In this document: piece after piece, positions 48,854 through 59,909 of the stretch
How the letters are laid out: every line of letters starts with the position of its first letter
Numbering within the stretch: the stretch's first letter is position 1
DNA from: Paramoeba atlantica
Taxonomy: Eukaryota > Protista > Discosea
DNA length: 64,000 nucleotides
Reading direction: 5' to 3'
Assembly: GCA_977017575.1 (NCBI GenBank)
Contig: CDRNVI010000012.1
Coordinates: forward strand, 868,001-932,000
Notes under the pieces: model-generated
Databases searched by the model: none
What the model saw: the letters and a program-made list of their open reading frames with translations, nothing else
What the model was told of the DNA's origin: nothing
Program-made: the position numbers and the translations under genes

Positions 48854-49182
48854 AGCCAGCGCTGGTGTTTGGGTAAGTTAAATCGGTCGTATACAAAATA
48901 AGTGTGACATGCAAGGGGTACACAAGAAGTTGCGTTCATTCGAATGTCACTACTGTTTCCGAAAAGAATAGAATTGCATAACACGTATTTACGGAATAAT
49001 GTTTTAAGTGTTTCTGTGAACACTGAGAATAAGTTTAAAGCAAATGGTTTGAAGGTAGGTTTTCTGGTTGTATTAGAAAAACTTTTTTTTCTTATCACGA
49101 TGATGTAGTGGATGCGTAAAACTTTTTCTTGTTTACGAGAGTTTTCTCGTCAATTTTATTTTTGACTGATGTAAGAAAAGTG

Positions 49183-50568
49183 ATGAGGCTTTCGCCTTTC
49201 AGTTCTTTGGTCAAGACCAACGCAACTATTGGGAGGTTGAATTTTGCTTTTGACGCATTTTCTGGAATAGCAATCCCACCAAGGCCCCGTAGGAAATATG
49301 CTCCTGCAAGAAGATTTGCTTCTTGTTGTCGTGGTCATGAGCGCACGCTGTGGTTTTCCAGCAAGCGAATGTACTGGAACCCCTTTTTGTCTTCGAGTAG
49401 TCAACGTTTCAATTGGAGAAGGTATCGACCGATTTGTTGGGTTTCTGGTGCAGCGATTACAGCCCTTTTTTTGTTTGACAGTCCAGCTGCACGCCTTCAA
49501 ATAGCGCGTGAAAAGTTTCACTGTTTCATAGAGAGGTGTTCCTTATTTTTAAGAGATTTGAAATCGTTACCAGTGTCCTTGGCTAGTCGAAAATTAAGCG
49601 GAGATCAGGCAGAGTTCAACTTTGAAAGCGTGGAAGATCTGGACAGCAATGAGTCTCTGGAAGAATATATTGCTGCAATGAGCATAAAATCACCCAAGAA
49701 AGAGACTGGCAAGAAGCGACGTACTGGAAAACCGCCTCCTGGCTTCACCAATGCTTTTCAAGCTTACGCACTGGGGGATATCATTCCTCTCACTCACGAT
49801 GTCGCACTGCTTCGCTTTCTTTTTGATGACCCCGACACTGAGTTTAACCTCAGGCCTTGTAGCACACTACAAGGAAAGTTCACCACAGGTCTTCAGCTTG
49901 CCGATTTGATAACCCGGTTCTACACCCCCGTGACCCCTAACCACACAAAAGGCTATTTCGACATCATTGTCAAGCGCAAACCGAATGGAATGATGACAAA
50001 ACACTTATTCGGGCTACACGTCGGTGACCGCATGCATTTCCGTGAGGTCCCTTTCAAACTGCTGTACAAACCCAACCGGTGGAAAGAGGTTGGTCTCATT
50101 GCCGGGGGCACGGGACTCACCCCAATGCTTCAGGTCATCCGGCACGCCTTGGAGGAGTACCCCGAGGACCGTACCAAGCTGCGGCTTATCTTTTGCAACC
50201 GCACTGAGAACCACATCCTGTTAAAAGGGCTGTTGGACCGACTCGCCCGGGACCATCCCGAGCGGTTCTCTGTGGTCTACGGTGTGGACTGTCCGGTGGA
50301 TGCGGAGAGGTGGAAGGGGTTCACCGGGTACCTCACCGCCGATCTGCTCCGGGCTCACCTGCCCCCACCCTCCCCTAGCTCGCTTATTCTGGTATGTGGG
50401 CCAGACAATTTGCTGTGGCACGTTGCCGGGACCCCGACCCAGCTGATGGATACCCTCTCCGGGGGTCGCCCGGTACAGCCCATGGCCGTGGATCTTGCCA
50501 ACCTGACCAAACTTGGGGGTTTGTTGGCACAGTTGGGATACACGGATCATGACGTGTATCGGTTTTGA
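49183..50568 (+). CDS. NADH-cytochrome b5 reductase-like flavoprotein, probably mitochondrial
   Basis: RFYTP, FDIIVKR.PNG.MT.HL, LIAGGTGLTPMLQVI, LIFCNRTE, ILVCGP. Confidence 0.9.
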   Translation: MRLSPFSSLVKTNATIGRLNFAFDAFSGIAIPPRPRRKYAPARRFASCCRGHERTLWFSSKRMYWNPFLSSSSQRFNWRRYRPICWVSGAAITALFLFDSPAARLQIAREKFHCFIERCSLFLRDLKSLPVSLASRKLSGDQAEFNFESVEDLDSNESLEEYIAAMSIKSPKKETGKKRRTGKPPPGFTNAFQAYALGDIIPLTHDVALLRFLFDDPDTEFNLRPCSTLQGKFTTGLQLADLITRFYTPVTPNHTKGYFDIIVKRKPNGMMTKHLFGLHVGDRMHFREVPFKLLYKPNRWKEVGLIAGGTGLTPMLQVIRHALEEYPEDRTKLRLIFCNRTENHILLKGLLDRLARDHPERFSVVYGVDCPVDAERWKGFTGYLTADLLRAHLPPPSPSSLILVCGPDNLLWHVAGTPTQLMDTLSGGRPVQPMAVDLANLTKLGGLLAQLGYTDHDVYRF

Positions 50569-50801
50569 GGGTCTGAATTGGGATGATATTGGGTTCAAAA
50601 ATGCTTGTAGGTCTGCTCTGACGACGATAACATTGTCTTAAGCATAGTGATGTTTTTGTTATAGGGCTCCGTTCTTTTCAAAGAAATACAAAATTGTTTT
50701 TATTTACCTCAGATTAGATCACACGGAGATGTGCATTGGTACGCATCAAAATATTGCATAGTGTAACTAGGAAACATGATTTATTTCCCTACGTTGTTCA
50801 T

Positions 50802-51206
50802 ATGTTTGGTTTCCGAAGAGCATTATCTCAACAAAGAGGAAAATCGATAGATGCCACGCGCGGCGGTAAAATGAAATCTTCAACGAAGATCCCGCCATCT
50901 TCTCTTCACATGAGACATAATTCAATTAAACAGAATTTGGACCCTATGGATCATTCTTGTCCTCGGAGACCATGGACACCAGCAACCCCGGGGATCGGGA
51001 CAATTTTTGCCGGTAATGATCCATTTGATTTGCGAAAATACCGAAAAGCGATTAAACAGGGTAGAGTTCCCGCTGAATACGGTCGGGTCTCGCGACCTGG
51101 AAGTGTAGGCGCCCCTGCATCTAAGCTATATCCGCACACCACACTCCCGACTATTTTAAAACGTGATTGTTCTCCTTTTCTCGCTTACCGGCGACCTCCA
51201 AAGTAA
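50802..51206 (+). CDS. Small basic protein, probably mitochondrial
   Basis: MFGFRRALS targeting-like leader; family not recognised. Confidence 0.6.
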   Translation: MFGFRRALSQQRGKSIDATRGGKMKSSTKIPPSSLHMRHNSIKQNLDPMDHSCPRRPWTPATPGIGTIFAGNDPFDLRKYRKAIKQGRVPAEYGRVSRPGSVGAPASKLYPHTTLPTILKRDCSPFLAYRRPPK

Positions 51207-51443
51207 GTGCGGGGGCATGACAGTCCCTGTCCTGGCTTGTCCATGTACGAGGAATATACAACTCGGTACATAAATTCTCTCTGGTATTCATAATTATGCT
51301 GGACTTCGTACGATGCGATTTTATATATTTTACAAAACACAGATGTTATTACGTGGATTCCCCGAGATTCCCCGAGAACCCACAAAGTTGTTGATTGTCA
51401 GTATTTTTAGAATTTTTCGCAACTCTTGAACTATGTCCATGCA

Positions 51444-53135
51444 ATGTATCGGCTAACTTTCCACCGACTCACATGGATCGAACGTGTACACGCTGCCAGA
51501 GAGGAGACTGCTCGTCGATTCGGAAACATAAACTGTCTTGGGACCCCCGGTGCCATTCCCGGCTTTGACAACTTTGTAGCACAAAAGCGTGAGGAGAAAC
51601 AATATGAGGACTTTGACCAACGCGTGGAGAGAGCTTTTCAAAAAGCGTGGGGTACACACAAGCAAGAGGTATGGAACGCACATAAGCGACAGGTAAGAGA
51701 TGGAACTCTACCAAAGGGCACCTCACTGAACCAAATACGGGACTTGGAAGGCAAGCTCGAGGAGCGCAAGGAGTGGCTACGAAACGTGTGGGCACAGGTG
51801 GACTCAGATTACCGCAGTGGAGACACCGAACGTGTGACTCGAGCCATGTCTGACATAGAGAAGGCTAATGCAGGAAAGGGCAATGGCTACATGGAGTGGG
51901 CCTACCAAACAAAATACGATATGCGCTTCATGGGGAACAAAGAAAAGGACGAGCTTGTTCGCAAATTAAACTCAACGGAATTCCCGGATATCTCAGAGGA
52001 AGAGACGACACGATTTATCAACCGAAAGATGAACATGAACGAGTTGGAAAAATCTGTTACGCGCGTGTTCGGGGAAGCCGGACGACGCCACTGGGAGCTT
52101 CTGCAGCAGGAAAAAGATGATGAATACACGGAGAAAATGGACCGCGCGCTTGACATGTATGAAACATTGAGCAAGGAGGAACGCGAAGCTTTCAGTGCGC
52201 AACGAAATCGTCGTCTCCAGGCCCGGCCCTCTCGAACCGATGAGGCAAAGCAACGCCTCGCCGCTGCACTGGAACGAGAGGAGAAGAGACAGAACTTAGT
52301 AGACGCGGATCTTGCACGAGAGGCAGAGGAACGTCACGAAAAATATGTTAAGCGCCGTGAGAGTATGCTTGCCGCAGAGAAAATGCGCGTAGGTGGGGTC
52401 CCGAACCGCGAGCTGCTAAACACAATGCGTCGCCGATCCCTGGAAGAGATCCAGCAAAAACACAACTTGGCGGCACAACAGGAGCGCACGGAGTTGATGG
52501 AGAAGAAACGGGTACTGTTCGAGACGATGCGCGTGATGCAGCAAGAGGCGGAGAAGCGTAGTGTGTTGCGTGCGATGAGTCCCGGGGGGGTAGCGGCGGC
52601 ACAAAAGTACACCCCTCTCAGCGACGCGGAGAATACCTTGGAGGCCGCCAAAAGCCTTGCGCGACAAACCGTAAAGTCGAGCGCCGAGTTGGAATTTGCC
52701 ACGAAGCGTTCACTGTGGAAGTTAGTCCACAATACGAAATATGAGTCCCCCTCGGACGTGATTCACCAGGCACTCGTTGATGCGCACAAAACGTACAGCC
52801 AAGTGTATCGAAAGACCCGTGCCCACCGCCTGCGCCATAAACGTTACAAGGACATCAGCCAGGCGTACAGCGGGTTTGAGAGTCGATGCTATTCTGGGGG
52901 ATGGCGTGAGCGGGGGATCTCTACATGGGGGCTCAGTGCTTCGACGATTGCCAATTTGGATGACGATACTAATGTGACTTATGTGGAGGACAGCCGCGGA
53001 CCTCACCGCATGGATAAGAATATCCCCGGAGAGATCGATCCTCGGGAAGAAAAGCGAAGTGGTGAAGGCCCGATATTTCATGGGAAACGTTATCACAAGC
53101 TTCCTCCGTCGGATATTGGGGCCAACCTGTCATAG
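51444..53135 (+). CDS. Hypothetical helical/coiled-coil protein, possibly mitochondrial
   Basis: Long ORF; MYRLTFHRL leader; charged helical composition. Confidence 0.7.
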   Translation: MYRLTFHRLTWIERVHAAREETARRFGNINCLGTPGAIPGFDNFVAQKREEKQYEDFDQRVERAFQKAWGTHKQEVWNAHKRQVRDGTLPKGTSLNQIRDLEGKLEERKEWLRNVWAQVDSDYRSGDTERVTRAMSDIEKANAGKGNGYMEWAYQTKYDMRFMGNKEKDELVRKLNSTEFPDISEEETTRFINRKMNMNELEKSVTRVFGEAGRRHWELLQQEKDDEYTEKMDRALDMYETLSKEEREAFSAQRNRRLQARPSRTDEAKQRLAAALEREEKRQNLVDADLAREAEERHEKYVKRRESMLAAEKMRVGGVPNRELLNTMRRRSLEEIQQKHNLAAQQERTELMEKKRVLFETMRVMQQEAEKRSVLRAMSPGGVAAAQKYTPLSDAENTLEAAKSLARQTVKSSAELEFATKRSLWKLVHNTKYESPSDVIHQALVDAHKTYSQVYRKTRAHRLRHKRYKDISQAYSGFESRCYSGGWRERGISTWGLSASTIANLDDDTNVTYVEDSRGPHRMDKNIPGEIDPREEKRSGEGPIFHGKRYHKLPPSDIGANLS

Positions 53136-53326
53136 TCCTACACTTGAATTGCATCATTACTTGTGTGTCAAGGATTTCGGTAGTGTCTTTTCAGTAGCAT
53201 AGATGTTTTCTTCTCATTTAAGTTCTGTATGGTGTACAAACAACGTAAACTAGTCTCCACTATGTCATGTGTTCTTTTCTGTACGTTTTCTTACTCTCCT
53301 TAGTTGATTTACAGAATTGTTACAGA

Positions 53327-54109
53327 ATGGGATCACTGCGCTATCGTCGTCCCTACTGGATGCTTCACCTGAAAAACGTGAAGTACTGGAGAGTATACGC
53401 CAAAACAGGGGCAGGATATCAACGCACAGAGATGCTCTATCAGGCCTGGCTAGGAGGCATTGACCGGCCCTATGCCCGACCCCGATGCACGCATCGCACT
53501 CCTACGTGGCTTACGCGCAAGCGCTTCGCCCTCGAGAAACCCCACTTGACTCCCGATACGGTTGTCGAGCGCCTTTTTCTTGAGTTTCACCAGAAATATT
53601 TTGCGTATAGAGGAACACTAAGACCAGTCGTGGAGGATGTTCATAACATGTTTGAGCTTGTAGAGCGTCCGTTGGACATGAGCTATGCATGCCGAACGCT
53701 GTCTCACCTTCACAATGACTTCCTTGTTGTACTTACCTCAGAAACATTTGCTCTGTTCTTACATGCTGCTATGAAGGTGGACCGACGGGATCTCATTACT
53801 TTTGCGATCCAGAATGCTGAAAAGCTTGGATTTGTGTCGATCGACTCCAAATCTCGAGCCTTTGCCGAGGGAAAAAGTTCGTGGTATAAAATCGAAGACG
53901 GGCAATATCTTCCTCTTGAAGGCAATGAAAAATTGAACTCACCGGAGCTGGTCAAGGAACGTAGAGATGAAGAGTCCGAACTTTTGCGCCAGTTGGACCA
54001 AAAGAAGCATATTTCGAACATAGAAAATACACGCTCTCCTGAGGAAGAGCTTGCTCAATTAGAGAAAGAGCTTGCCGAAGCAGAGTCTGTAGGAAACGAA
54101 GAGAGATAG
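53327..54109 (+). CDS. Putative mitochondrial helical-repeat protein (possibly mitoribosomal)
   Basis: Basic/aromatic N-terminus, PPR-like helices (SETFALFLHAAMKV); assignment by resemblance only. Confidence 0.55.
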   Translation: MGSLRYRRPYWMLHLKNVKYWRVYAKTGAGYQRTEMLYQAWLGGIDRPYARPRCTHRTPTWLTRKRFALEKPHLTPDTVVERLFLEFHQKYFAYRGTLRPVVEDVHNMFELVERPLDMSYACRTLSHLHNDFLVVLTSETFALFLHAAMKVDRRDLITFAIQNAEKLGFVSIDSKSRAFAEGKSSWYKIEDGQYLPLEGNEKLNSPELVKERRDEESELLRQLDQKKHISNIENTRSPEEELAQLEKELAEAESVGNEER

Positions 54110-54352
54110 TAACGAAACAACAATTTCTTTCTTATTTCCCGTAGGTGAATTTTCTTACTTTTTTCTTACTTGTAGCTAGTATTCATTATTAGAGGCACTA
54201 GTGTAGCACGTCAACCCATTTTGCGAAGTTTCTTAGGATTAGCATTTTACATTTCAAAGTTTCAAATTTTTGTATAGATCTTTGTCCTTATTTTCTTGAA
54301 TAGACAGGTGTTTTTTTGCACTAACCAGATACACGTGTAAACAAGCATACCC

Positions 54353-55324
54353 ATGGGATCTACCATCGCTCAACGTACCCCCTCTGATGTGCCACATCAT
54401 TTATGGAACACATATCGTCACACTGTAGCCGTTCAAATTGCTGCCGCGTCCAGCACGTTACTATTCTACCCACTGGACTCTGTCAAATTTCGTATCATGT
54501 CCCAGGATGGCACATCCAAGCACAGCTATCATCACCATCGAGGTGACTTCTCTGGTGTCTCTCAAGCCCTACGCCAGACCTACAAGGTGGAAGGATTGAT
54601 GGCCTTGTATCGCGGCGCACTCATTTCGGTAAGCGGATCCGTCCTCTCTTGGGGAATCTACATGTTTGCCTACAAGTATCTTCTGCACTTAGGAAGCACC
54701 GGGTCGATGTCAAACTCGATTTATTTCGACTATACAGCGTCTTTGAGCGCAAGTGTGTTCTGTGCGATTTGCACTAATCCACTATGGCTAGTAAAAACGC
54801 GCATGCAGTTGCAGGACCGTACGGTTAAGAACCAGACATATTACCGAGGCTTTTTTCACGGCACAAGAGAGGTAATAAAGAGCGAAGGGATTATTGCTCT
54901 GTATCGCGGTCTCCTCTCTCAAATTCTACTAAGTGTTCCTACTGCAGCATATTTCCCCATGTACGAAGCCTTTAAGGCGTACGCCAGATCTATGAAACAA
55001 ATAGAAGATACCCAACACTTGAATTTCTTTGAGCTTCTTTTATGTACATTGGCTACGAAAGTCATTATGGCTGTAGTTTCGAATCCACTTATGGTGATAA
55101 AGACAAAGATACAGGATCATCGTAACGTGTCCACCTCTGCGAAAACCGGGACTAGGGCACCAGGTCAATATGAATCCATACGCAGCACAATTCTACTGGC
55201 GACTCGTCGAGAAGGCCTAATTCGTGGGCTGCTCGCCAGAGGGCTGTGGAGTAATCTGGTTCAGTCCATTCCTCGAAGCACCTCCCATATGCTACTGTAC
55301 GAGCTTATTCTAAGGTACATTTAA
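54353..55324 (+). CDS. Mitochondrial carrier, folate/FAD (SLC25A32-like)
   Basis: Three Px[DE]xx[KR]x[KR]-type repeats: YPLDSVKFR, NPLWLVKTRMQLQ, NPLMVIKTK. Confidence 0.88.
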   Translation: MGSTIAQRTPSDVPHHLWNTYRHTVAVQIAAASSTLLFYPLDSVKFRIMSQDGTSKHSYHHHRGDFSGVSQALRQTYKVEGLMALYRGALISVSGSVLSWGIYMFAYKYLLHLGSTGSMSNSIYFDYTASLSASVFCAICTNPLWLVKTRMQLQDRTVKNQTYYRGFFHGTREVIKSEGIIALYRGLLSQILLSVPTAAYFPMYEAFKAYARSMKQIEDTQHLNFFELLLCTLATKVIMAVVSNPLMVIKTKIQDHRNVSTSAKTGTRAPGQYESIRSTILLATRREGLIRGLLARGLWSNLVQSIPRSTSHMLLYELILRYI

Positions 55325-55795
55325 AAGATTATTTACTTGACTATCTCTGCTAGTCTTTCGTTAGTTTTTGGCCTCCTGTTAGCATACTGCAAGCATGATT
55401 TCCACGGTAGGTAAGTTCCTAAAGTTCGAGGCGTTGCGAGTAGAGAAAAGAAATCAAAGGAAATCGGACTTATCTCCGTTTGAGAAATTGCGAAGGTGGG
55501 AGATACGAAGGGGGGGAGATTGTGCAGTCTAGAAGATAGCTGGACTCCTAACCCCCCCCCCTTTACGTTTCGCATGCAGAGCACTTTGGTTAACCCACCC
55601 TACTGCCTCTCAGTCTAAAAAGAGTCTCACACATCTTATTGGAGATCACGGTACGGTAGTGTACGCTGTTAACTTTTACACTGCTTAATTTTATGGTCAT
55701 GTATGCTATTCATATTCTTCACCCAATAAAAAAATGGAAAGCAAAAATCATTTTTGCAACGTCTTGAAATTGTTTTTGTACAATTGAAATATTCA

Positions 55796-57085
55796 ATGTG
55801 TTTGTCCAAGATGCGGAGCGTGCTTCTATCACATTTTTCAAGGACATTTCGTCATCTTTTCGGCAGGTTTCCTCTTTGTCTTACTGTGCACGACATTCCC
55901 TTGATTCTGGGAGGCACTTCAATAATATTGAGCGTGCTTTCAGGCAAAGATCTAAGCCGTACCTTACTGGTAGTGGGAGCTGTGACTTATGGACTTCGTC
56001 GTATTACAGCTCTAATTTTTCCGAAGCTTTGCGTTCGACCCTTGTCTCAGGGGTTTGGCGCGACCCACACTGTCGGCGTCCGTTGGGTTCGATCAGACTC
56101 TTTGACCATTCCACATTTCGTCACACTTTATCCCATAATTTCCACAAGGGCTTTGAAGGCGATGAATTCGGTGCCTTGGCTTCCTTTCGGGAACTTGCGC
56201 TATGCTTCGGAATTCGCCCAGTCGCTTCATTTGCCGCAATTTCTAACAAATCATTTATCGGAGTGTCGAATTGAAGCCACCTTAGATGCTCCGTCGTTGT
56301 ACGATCAACAAAACATGCGGGGCAAGGCGAAATATGTTGTATTCTCACACGGTCTGTACGGGCACATGAATATGTACAGTACCTTGGCTCAGGAGTGGGC
56401 CGCTCGCGGTTACGTTGTGCTGTGTCCGGAGCACCGAGACGGTAGTGCTGTGTTCACCACGTGTGTAGATAAGGAACCGATTCCCTTTCGCCGCCCCTCC
56501 CTGCCTCACAATGATCCTGGGGTGAGACAACTCCGGTACGATCAAGTGCAACATCGCACGGAGGAGTTACTGGCACTGATTCGAGACAATGTTCCTTCTA
56601 CGGCTCAGGAGGTGATATTGGCTGGACACAGCTTTGGTGCCACTACCGCACTAAACACAGCTATTGAACTGCGTCTACGTCACTGTACTGATGGTCAAGT
56701 AGAATCCTTTCCTGTTATTTCTCGAGTCGTCACATTTGATTTGTGGACTTATCCGTTGGAGCATATTGCTTTTAGGCAGAAATTGAGCCGTTTGTGCTCA
56801 AAACTTGAAAAAATTCACGAATTAGTACCAATAAGATTGCAGCTTTTTGATAGTGAAGAATGGTACGAATGTGAAGAGCGAAATAGTATCCTGTCCAAGC
56901 TATTCTTGCCTGATCTTCGTAAAATTTTTACTTTAAGTCGTTCATGGCGTGCAGGGACAGATCATCACTCGGCCTCTGACATGGGTTTACTGAATCCTTA
57001 TATTCGAAGGAAAAGAGCGTGGCGTCAGCATTGCAGCGATTCTTACCATATTCAGGCTTGGGCTTTACGCGGTATCCGAGAATAA
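55796..57085 (+). CDS. PAF-acetylhydrolase-family alpha/beta hydrolase
   Basis: VVFSHGL, A.RGYVV.CPEHRDGSA, nucleophile GHSFG, DLW. Confidence 0.88.
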   Translation: MCLSKMRSVLLSHFSRTFRHLFGRFPLCLTVHDIPLILGGTSIILSVLSGKDLSRTLLVVGAVTYGLRRITALIFPKLCVRPLSQGFGATHTVGVRWVRSDSLTIPHFVTLYPIISTRALKAMNSVPWLPFGNLRYASEFAQSLHLPQFLTNHLSECRIEATLDAPSLYDQQNMRGKAKYVVFSHGLYGHMNMYSTLAQEWAARGYVVLCPEHRDGSAVFTTCVDKEPIPFRRPSLPHNDPGVRQLRYDQVQHRTEELLALIRDNVPSTAQEVILAGHSFGATTALNTAIELRLRHCTDGQVESFPVISRVVTFDLWTYPLEHIAFRQKLSRLCSKLEKIHELVPIRLQLFDSEEWYECEERNSILSKLFLPDLRKIFTLSRSWRAGTDHHSASDMGLLNPYIRRKRAWRQHCSDSYHIQAWALRGIRE

Positions 57086-57369
57086 TTTGTTATGCTTTAT
57101 CTGTGTATTCTAGGGCTCCTAGTCTAGAGTTATAGAATGAACACTAGGTAATTATTTCAACACAGGGGTCTCTCAAATACGAATTGAACATTATTTTAAT
57201 TCACTTTATTCATTTGTATGCTACGTAATGTATCATACAGAATGTGACATTCAGTAATAGATGCGAATCATTTTCATATAACGTCTAATATAACATCCTA
57301 TACACCAATTTTAGTCAAACATTCGTACATCTAATACATAAAACACTACGTATACTACATCCCCGCGGA

Positions 57370-58851
57370 ATGACATCTATTCCCAGACAGGATTTTCCCG
57401 GATCACAACTCCGATCGCACTCCACAGCACGAACTCTCTCATCGAGCGCACGCCCGACCCCACACATTTCTCTTCACAAATCCTTCTCCACCCTACCCCC
57501 TTCCCGAGGCTCCACGCCCCTTCCCTTGCGGGACCCCACCCCCATACTCTCACGGAATCGACCCCCTCGCTTGTCCCTTCGCCCCGCCCACACCGTCCGC
57601 ACCTCCCTCCGCGTCACCACGGCCTTCCACAACTCCTCTGAGGTCCTGTGCTACGGCGGCCCGAACGGACTCGGCCTACTCCACACCCGCTACCTCCACC
57701 AGCACGTCACCCCATCCCCCGGAATCGCCCCCCGTGCCATTCTCCCCTACCTCCCCGACCGTGACGCCAACCGCTTCCTCCTCCTCCTCCCCCACGGTGA
57801 GGTCCTCTCCCTGGACGGTACCCCCCATGCGGAGCTCACCCCCTACACCACACTCACCCTCCCGAGTCCCGCTCCCCCCTCCTCAGGTACCCCCCCTCCT
57901 ACCCACGGGAACCTCCACAGCGCCACCGTACTCACCCCCTCCCCCTCCGTCGTCGTGAGTACCACTCATGGAGGGCTGTTGCTGTGGGATGGTGAGGCCC
58001 ACGCCCCTTTCCCTAATAACTCTTCCACTACTCACTCCACTACTCACTCTACCACCCCTACCCCTAACTCTATGACGCCTCCTCCTCACTCTTCTTCTCC
58101 TACGGCTACTACCTCTTCCTCTCTCCAGCCCCTTCGTCCCCCCCTCCCCGGTCTCTGTGTTACGTGTTCCCAACACGAGTCCGGCCCCTACGAGCCCTTA
58201 CTGCTCCACACCCACACGCTGTCGTTGCTCTACGACCTGCGGTGTGAGAGGGTGGTGGGGCGCTTCCCCGTGGGGAGGGGGGGCTCGGGGGGGAGGGCTG
58301 GCCTTCCGGCGGGTAGGACAGGCAGCTCCTTGGGTACAGCCTCGACGCTGTCACCTGGAGTGTTCCCTTTTGCGGGAAATGTATCCAGTGTGTCGGCTGG
58401 GATGGCCGGCAGGAGTTGTGTTGGCACACAGGTCCCTGAGATCTTGTGTGCGACCCGTGAGGTCTCGGGACGGTACCTTGCGGTAGCGAGTGGGGCGGGG
58501 CGGGTGGGGTTGTGGGATGTGCGAAAGGGAGGGGGGAGGGAGGGGGAGGGGGGAGTACGAGGGGGGGAGGTGACCTCGGTGGAGGTACCGGGTGGGGTCA
58601 CGGCGATGGGGTCTGGGCTGGCGTGTGCGTCGGGGACTTTTTTTATGGGGACAGCGCAAGGGGAGGTGTGGACGTGGGGGAGTGGGAGTGAGGAGGTTGC
58701 GCGGTTGGAAAAGGGAGTGGAGTTGGGGGGTAGGGAGGATCGGTCAGCGATTACCACCGTTGTAGTGCCCTCGATGGCGTGTGGGGGTGGGCAGCACGTG
58801 ATGACGTTCTCGGAGAGTACGCAGGCGACGGTGTATGAAGTGCGAACGTAG
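57370..58851 (+). CDS. Putative WD40/beta-propeller protein
   Basis: YLAVASGAGRVGLWDVR, FFMGTAQGEVWTW, GGLLLWDG strand patterns. Confidence 0.6.
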   Translation: MTSIPRQDFPGSQLRSHSTARTLSSSARPTPHISLHKSFSTLPPSRGSTPLPLRDPTPILSRNRPPRLSLRPAHTVRTSLRVTTAFHNSSEVLCYGGPNGLGLLHTRYLHQHVTPSPGIAPRAILPYLPDRDANRFLLLLPHGEVLSLDGTPHAELTPYTTLTLPSPAPPSSGTPPPTHGNLHSATVLTPSPSVVVSTTHGGLLLWDGEAHAPFPNNSSTTHSTTHSTTPTPNSMTPPPHSSSPTATTSSSLQPLRPPLPGLCVTCSQHESGPYEPLLLHTHTLSLLYDLRCERVVGRFPVGRGGSGGRAGLPAGRTGSSLGTASTLSPGVFPFAGNVSSVSAGMAGRSCVGTQVPEILCATREVSGRYLAVASGAGRVGLWDVRKGGGREGEGGVRGGEVTSVEVPGGVTAMGSGLACASGTFFMGTAQGEVWTWGSGSEEVARLEKGVELGGREDRSAITTVVVPSMACGGGQHVMTFSESTQATVYEVRT

Positions 58852-58860
58852 TATGAGGCG
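57400..58860. other. C-rich to G-rich skew-switch island (switch ~58220)
   Basis: C/T-rich 57400-58200, G-rich 58230-58800. Confidence 0.88.
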
Positions 58861-59048
58861 GAGATAAAACCAACCCCTACAGATGGAGTTAAAAAAATAT
58901 TGATAGAAAGCCGTTACAAAACATGGTTATAGGACGTACGATTTACATACGAAAAAGGGATTACTGACAGCAATAATGGTGTTTACAAGATGCATACACT
59001 ATTCAAATCTCGTGTCAGTAGAACACTTTTTTCCTTGTATATCGTAGT

Positions 59049-59693
59049 ATGACTGATGTCAATTCTTCTTTATGTTCGTTCTGTGGTGCGCAGGGCATTT
59101 TTTCATTTTGTTTGAAGTGTCCGGGGGGCGGATACTGCAGCACGGTATGTCTCACAATGCACGAAGAAAGGGTTCACTTCGTTGAAGAGGACGACCCCGA
59201 GCTAACTGATAGTGACAGTTTTGATGAAGTTGCCTCGGAAAGTAGCACCACGTGTAACTCCGAAGCCGGCCGAATACCATTAATTTCATCAAACGTGTCA
59301 GTGGAGTCAAGTTTGCACTCTTCAAAAGATTCTGAAGATGATTCAGTAAAGGATTTATCACAACCCGAAGCAACGTACGCGAAAATTGTCGAAGAGGGAT
59401 CTTATGTAACAGAAAAGGAGGTATGTGCTACGCCAGCGCCGAAAGACGCGGAAACAAACAGCTTGACTTCTGGCAGGGAAATTGAGGGTTTACTGACACG
59501 TCGACAACTTCACGCTCTGGCTTCTGACTCAAGAATCCGAAATGAGGTTCGAACGTCAGAACTTCAGACTCTCTTAAAGACGATAGACTCCAGTCGCAGC
59601 CGCCTTGATGTGTTAGAAACTGCAGAATATAATATACCTGAGTTTTCAGAATTCTTGAGGCACGTTTCACAGACAATATACATGCACCCATAG
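59049..59693 (+). CDS. Zinc finger HIT protein (ZNHIT3/Hit1-like snoRNP assembly factor)
   Basis: CSFC...C.KC...YCSTVC...H HIT finger; C-terminal L..L..DS.IR..+...ELQ.LL..ID.S...PEFSEF. Confidence 0.78.
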   Translation: MTDVNSSLCSFCGAQGIFSFCLKCPGGGYCSTVCLTMHEERVHFVEEDDPELTDSDSFDEVASESSTTCNSEAGRIPLISSNVSVESSLHSSKDSEDDSVKDLSQPEATYAKIVEEGSYVTEKEVCATPAPKDAETNSLTSGREIEGLLTRRQLHALASDSRIRNEVRTSELQTLLKTIDSSRSRLDVLETAEYNIPEFSEFLRHVSQTIYMHP

Positions 59694-59909
59694 TGTTACC
59701 CCAAATTCGGAATTGTTGACTGCTTAATCTTGATTTTTCTGTATATAAGCGGAACAGTACACTTACGTAAATTCTAAATTCTAATTTAAGATTCGTGAGT
59801 AATTTTTACTTTTCTCATATCGAAATTGCCACATTTGCAGGATGTTACATACGAAAGGACGAGTGTTATGTATATTCGTATTAATCTATGAAAAAAATAC
59901 AGCAAGCAC

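Noticed and set aside
49183-55324. Run of mitochondrial-looking genes as a functional operon
   Set aside because: Mitochondrial proteins are a large share of genes here, and kinetoplastid clusters are not known to be functionally ordered
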